NCBI GenBank assembly: GCA_963715335.1
Contig: CAVQRZ010000020.1
Span: 1-15,030, forward strand
DNA from: an uncultured delta proteobacterium
GTDB taxonomy: Bacteria > Desulfobacterota > Desulfuromonadia > Desulfuromonadales > BM103
Direction of reading: 5' to 3'
Length of the DNA stretch: 15,030 nucleotides
Shown: piece by piece, positions 11,505 to 15,030 of the stretch
Layout of the letters: each line of letters begins with the position of its first letter
Numbering within the stretch: position 1 is the stretch's first letter
Notes under the pieces: model-generated
Databases searched by the model: none
Told to the model about the DNA's origin: nothing
Seen by the model: only the letters and a program-made list of their open reading frames with translations
Translations under genes and position numbers: made by a program

Positions 11505-12896
11505 ATGAACAACCTGTTACGCTCGAAACACTTCCTGCTCATATCCCTTTTGATATTCGGCTGGGCTGTCACCGTCTCGGCACAGCCGCCGGATTTTGTC
11601 ACCCTGGCAGAGCAGCTCAAACCCGCAGTCGTCAACATCGGCACCGCCAAGACCGTAAAGCCCAGGGCGCCGATGCCCCCCGGCCCGCATGGCCCCGGTG
11701 GTGACATGTTCGATGAATTTTTCGAACGGTTCTTCCGCAACTCGCCACAGTCGCCGCGCAAGGAGAGATCCCTCGGCTCCGGGTTCATCATCTCTGAAGA
11801 CGGCTATATCCTGACCAATGACCACGTGGTCGATGGCGCAGATGAAATCAAGGTCAAGCTCTCGGACGGCCGGGAATTCACCGGCGAGATTCGCGGACTG
11901 GACCCGAAACTGGACCTGGCGCTGATCAAGATCGATGCCGGCGAAAACCTGCCTGTCGCAAAGCTTGGCGACAGCGAGGCAATCAAGGTTGGTGAATGGG
12001 TTATGGCGATCGGCAATCCCTTTGGCCTGGAGCAGACCGTCACGGTCGGTATTGTCTCAGCGAAGGGCCGCGTCATAGGGGCCGGGCCCTACGATGATTT
12101 TATCCAGACGGACGCATCGATCAATCCTGGCAACTCGGGCGGCCCGCTCTTCAATGTGCAGGGTGAGGTCATCGGCATCAACACTGCGATTGTTGCCCAG
12201 GGTCAGGGGATCGGTTTCGCCATCCCGGTCAACATGGCCAAGCAGATCATCCCCCAGTTGCGTGACGAAGGTCATGTGACCCGCGGCTGGCTCGGTGTGA
12301 CCGTCCAGGCGCTGAACAAGGAGCTCGCCGATTCATTTGGCCTGGACAGCACTCATGGCGCCCTGGTCAACGAAGTCATCAATGATTCCCCTGCCGACAA
12401 GGCCGGCCTGAAGCGGGGCGATATTATCGTCGAATATGATGGCAAGCAGGTCGGTGAGCTCAATGACCTGCCGCGACTGGTTGCTGCAACCCCGGTCGGC
12501 GAAACGGTCCAGGTCAAGGTCTTCCGTGACGGCAAGGAACGCACGGTCAAGGTCCAGATCGGCAGGCTCGACGACGGCAAGGCGGAGCTGGCTGCCGATG
12601 ACGGGGAAAGCGGCGGGGCTCTCGGTCTCACGGTCGCGAATGTGACCCCGGAGCTGGTCGAGCGCTACAGCCTGGAGAGCGACAAGGGCGTTCTGATCAC
12701 CAGGATCGACCCGGAAGGCCCGGCTGCCGAAGCCAACCTGAGAGTCGGTGACCTGGTTGTCGAGGCTGACGGCAAGGAAGTCGGTACGGTCAAGGAGTTT
12801 GAAGGATTGGTTGACAAGATGGCCGCCGGCAAGGTGTTGCGGCTGCTGGTCCAGCGCAGGGCGACCCTGCTCTACACGACGGTGACGTTGAAATAG
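11505..12896 (+). CDS. degP: DegP/DegQ (HtrA) periplasmic serine endoprotease with two PDZ domains, 463 aa
   Basis: Signal peptide, catalytic triad motifs TNDHVV / DLALIK / INPGNSGGPL, and two PDZ domains (RGWLGV, ALGLTV). Start moved to ATG 11505 after GGAGGA. DegP versus DegQ is not resolved. Confidence 0.94.
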   Translation: MNNLLRSKHFLLISLLIFGWAVTVSAQPPDFVTLAEQLKPAVVNIGTAKTVKPRAPMPPGPHGPGGDMFDEFFERFFRNSPQSPRKERSLGSGFIISEDGYILTNDHVVDGADEIKVKLSDGREFTGEIRGLDPKLDLALIKIDAGENLPVAKLGDSEAIKVGEWVMAIGNPFGLEQTVTVGIVSAKGRVIGAGPYDDFIQTDASINPGNSGGPLFNVQGEVIGINTAIVAQGQGIGFAIPVNMAKQIIPQLRDEGHVTRGWLGVTVQALNKELADSFGLDSTHGALVNEVINDSPADKAGLKRGDIIVEYDGKQVGELNDLPRLVAATPVGETVQVKVFRDGKERTVKVQIGRLDDGKAELAADDGESGGALGLTVANVTPELVERYSLESDKGVLITRIDPEGPAAEANLRVGDLVVEADGKEVGTVKEFEGLVDKMAAGKVLRLLVQRRATLLYTTVTLK

Positions 12897-12920
12897 TTGA
12901 TACTGAAATATGTTTTGTCG

Positions 12921-12954
12921 AGCCCCTGCTGCGTTTTGCGGCGGGGGCTTTTTT
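12921..12954 (+). terminator. Intrinsic terminator after degP
   Basis: 12-bp stem AGCCCCTGCTGC-gtttt-GCGGCGGGGGCT with two G-U pairs that work only in plus-strand RNA, followed by a T run. Confidence 0.88.
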
Positions 12955-13000
12955 GTAACGCAAAGATGCAAAGGGGAAGACAAAGGGAAGGGGAAAGAGG

Positions 13001-13035
13001 GAAGAAAAGAGCCCGGCTGGATGGACCAGCCGGGC
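13001..13035 (-). terminator. Intrinsic terminator after the beta-barrel gene
   Basis: Perfect 10-bp stem GCCCGGCTGG-tccat-CCAGCCGGGC followed by TCTTTTCTTC on the minus strand, 37 nt after the TAA at 13073. Confidence 0.82.
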
Positions 13036-13072
13036 ATGACATAAAGAGGCAAATCTTTATCAGCTTGGTTGT

Positions 13073-15030
13073 TTAAAAGCGGTAACCGAATCCGAGGTAA
13101 CCGTAGTAGGCGTCACCGTCTTCGTCACCATAGACATACATTTGATCACTTTCAAATACGTCATAGGTGAATGATGCGGATGGCATACATCCTTTCGGTG
13201 AAGTCGTAGCTGCCACCAACTGTGAGCTGGTACTGTTCATACGACAGATCAGAGTAGCCGTCGATCTTGTTGTTGAGCTGCCAGTTGTCGTAATTGACGG
13301 AGCGTATGCTCCTGGGGGCTCACTGCGGTCTCAGCCAAAGGTGTCGTGGTGTTGTTTTCACCATACACACGGGCTCTTTCGGTGAACTTCCAGTCCCAGC
13401 TGCTTTCCGCGTTGTTGTAGGTGAAGCCAGCATTCAGCTTGAGTTTTTCTGTTGCCTGATAATCTACATTAAGTGCCACGGTGTGAACGTCAGAGTTGTA
13501 TTCGCTGTCATTACAGATCGAGCCAAACTGGCTCGACGAGATGTCGTTCGCTCAGCCATGGTACCAGCCGACACACATCTGGTTCTCCGTCTTCTGCTTG
13601 TTGAATGTGTAGGCCATGGTCAGGTTCAGCTTGTTGTTGGGTGCATAGTAGAGAGAAGCGCCGGGAACATAAGTGTCTTGTTCGTAATTGGTCTCGTCGT
13701 TTTCTTCCATGCGGACCCGCGCAAACAGGGTTGCTGACATGTTGGGGCTCGCGACCCAGGTTGCGTTCACTTTGGCTTCATGAACCTTTTCAGGCAGGTT
13801 GCTTGCTTCGAGCTGGCGGTTTGGGTAAACATCTGTCCAGTACCAGATCGCAGCAGGGGAGCCGAAATCAGTGACGTCGTAATACCAGAGCCCTGAACCG
13901 AGAGGATCTTGGGTGGCCAAGGGTGAATCGCCTTGAGCGATGCCTACGTGACCACTTAAGGGATCACTGATGTCCTGGTATTGGTAGCTGACCATGCCCG
14001 ACCATTGGTTGTTCAGGCGCGATTTAACGGAGACCTTGAAGGTGTTGGTCTCTGTCTCGCCGAGCGCTTCGTCTTCGCGATCGACTTCTTCATACTCGTA
14101 GCCGAAACGAAGGGTTGTCGCTTTGGCAAGTCGGTAAACCGCATCGAAGCCAAGCTCAGTGACTTCACGAGCTTCCGCGGGGTTCCATTCATCGCTGTCT
14201 GCGTAGGGCCAATCACCGTTAACCTCAGGCAGTGCGCGCCGGGAAATAGATCTCTCTGTCGCTGGTGTCGATCTCGTAAGTACTGCCGCGTAAGGACAGG
14301 CGGAGGTTGTCGCCAATCTTGGTTGAAACCTTACCACCGAACGATTCGTACTCAGTCTCCAGGTCGTTTCCAGCCCAGCAGGTCGTAAGAATCCTGGGTG
14401 GCGCTTTTTGAGCTTTCGATGTCGGACTTTACGTAGCTCGCGGTGATGCTGGTAGAGTTGGACAGATCAGCTCTTGCACTCAGACTGTGACTGTCTTTAT
14501 CCGAATCCGGAGTGCGTCCGAAAGGCAGGAAGTCATTGTCATAGTTTAACTGGTCTGCATTACCGTGGTTTGCATCCAGGTAGTAACGTATCGGTGCAGC
14601 ACTGTCTTCGCTGAATGAACGGTTCAAGTATTCATAGTCAACTGTTACCGGACCAAATTTACCGGTTGCGCCGAAAGTGAAGTCTTCAGTCCGTTCATCG
14701 ATGTCCTTGCCTGCGGCGGAAACGTCGGCAGGAGTCACATTTGCTCAGGCTGATGGCCTGTTCCATGCCTTCACGAGTTTCTACTCGAATGCCAGCATGA
14801 AGAGCGACATTCGGTAGATCAGGGATGACCAGAGTTGCTTCGCCGTTATATTCGCGGCGCGTGACAATGTAGTCGTTTGCCATCTCATTGGCATAGGCCG
14901 TTGCAGCATTGTACTCGGTGTAGACGTTGTCGCCAGCGATGCTTGTTGCTAGCCCTGCTGCACTCAAATCAGCATACGTTTTGTCTGTAGTAATACGTGG
15001 TTGACCACCAGCAACGTCATCGCGGGCAGT
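13073..15030 (-). CDS. Outer-membrane beta-barrel (MtrB/PioB-like) protein with a CxxCH motif and a predicted selenocysteine; 5'-truncated by the window and interrupted by five apparent +1 frameshifts. Resembles the GSU2204-family CxxCH-containing (seleno)proteins
   Basis: Manual translation joins the fragments into one protein: ...QAISLSKCDSC[H]VSAAGKDID...ETEYESFGGKVSTKIGDNLRLSLRG...LRFGYEYEEVDR...QMCVGWYHG-U-ANDISSSQFGSICNDSEYNSDVHTVALNVDYQATEKLKLNAGFTY...YSDLSYEQYQLTVGGSYDF...DAYYGYLGFGYRF*. It has alternating amphipathic strands and a C-terminal Y-x-F. 1958 nt minus 5 equals 651 codons exactly. The family name is from memory, not a search. Confidence 0.8.
13518..13554 (-). promoter_or_regulatory. 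In-frame UGA plus bacterial SECIS-like hairpin
   Basis: UGA at 13554-13552, 15 nt, then a perfect 8-bp stem UCGAGCCA-GUU-UGGCUCGA (13536-13518). The loop G lies 23 nt after the UGA and is followed by U. The frame stays open and barrel-like downstream. Confidence 0.8.

Noticed and set aside
13518..13536. Hairpin after the UGA as a transcription terminator
   Set aside because: It has no U tract on either strand and lies within continuing coding sequence; a proper terminator exists at 13001-13035.
14225..14227. TGA after ...IYFPARTA as selenocysteine
   Set aside because: It is followed by GGT TAA, an immediate stop, and is better explained by the +1 shift near 14233.
14352..14354. TGA ending the 128-aa ORF as a second selenocysteine
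   Set aside because: The frame hits TAA six codons later, no SECIS-like hairpin is evident, and the barrel-like sequence continues in the +1 frame from about 14374.
13181..14726. Programmed ribosomal frameshifting or phase variation in the barrel gene
   Set aside because: There are no slippery heptamers or long simple-sequence tracts at the sites (longest is C5), and five sequential events would give negligible full-length product.
13249..14967. Treating the 76-, 261-, 128- and 90-aa minus-strand ORFs as separate genes
   Set aside because: They lack signal peptides and convincing starts, their ends are out-of-frame junk, and they concatenate into one barrel protein.

Overview
Bacterial window that looks like Desulfuromonadales/Geobacter-type Deltaproteobacteria; this is inferred from gene content, not proven. 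It has four blocks. (1) A minus-strand tetR-adaptor-RND permease-TolC efflux operon with an apparently leaderless, self-repressed promoter. (2) prmA-rsmE on the minus strand. (3) A divergent plus-strand run: pyruvate dikinase regulatory protein, OmpR-family regulator, HAMP histidine kinase and DegP/HtrA protease. (4) From 13073 to the window edge, the 3' ~650 codons of one minus-strand outer-membrane beta-barrel gene that the ORF track shows only as fragments. Reconstructing it needs five net +1 frameshift corrections plus read-through of one in-frame UGA. That UGA (13552-13554) is followed by a bacterial SECIS-like hairpin, and one correction restores a CxxCH heme-c motif. The best candidate system is therefore a selenocysteine- and heme-motif-containing porin. 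A second candidate is a 12-bp motif shared at the same spacing upstream of the response regulator and degP.
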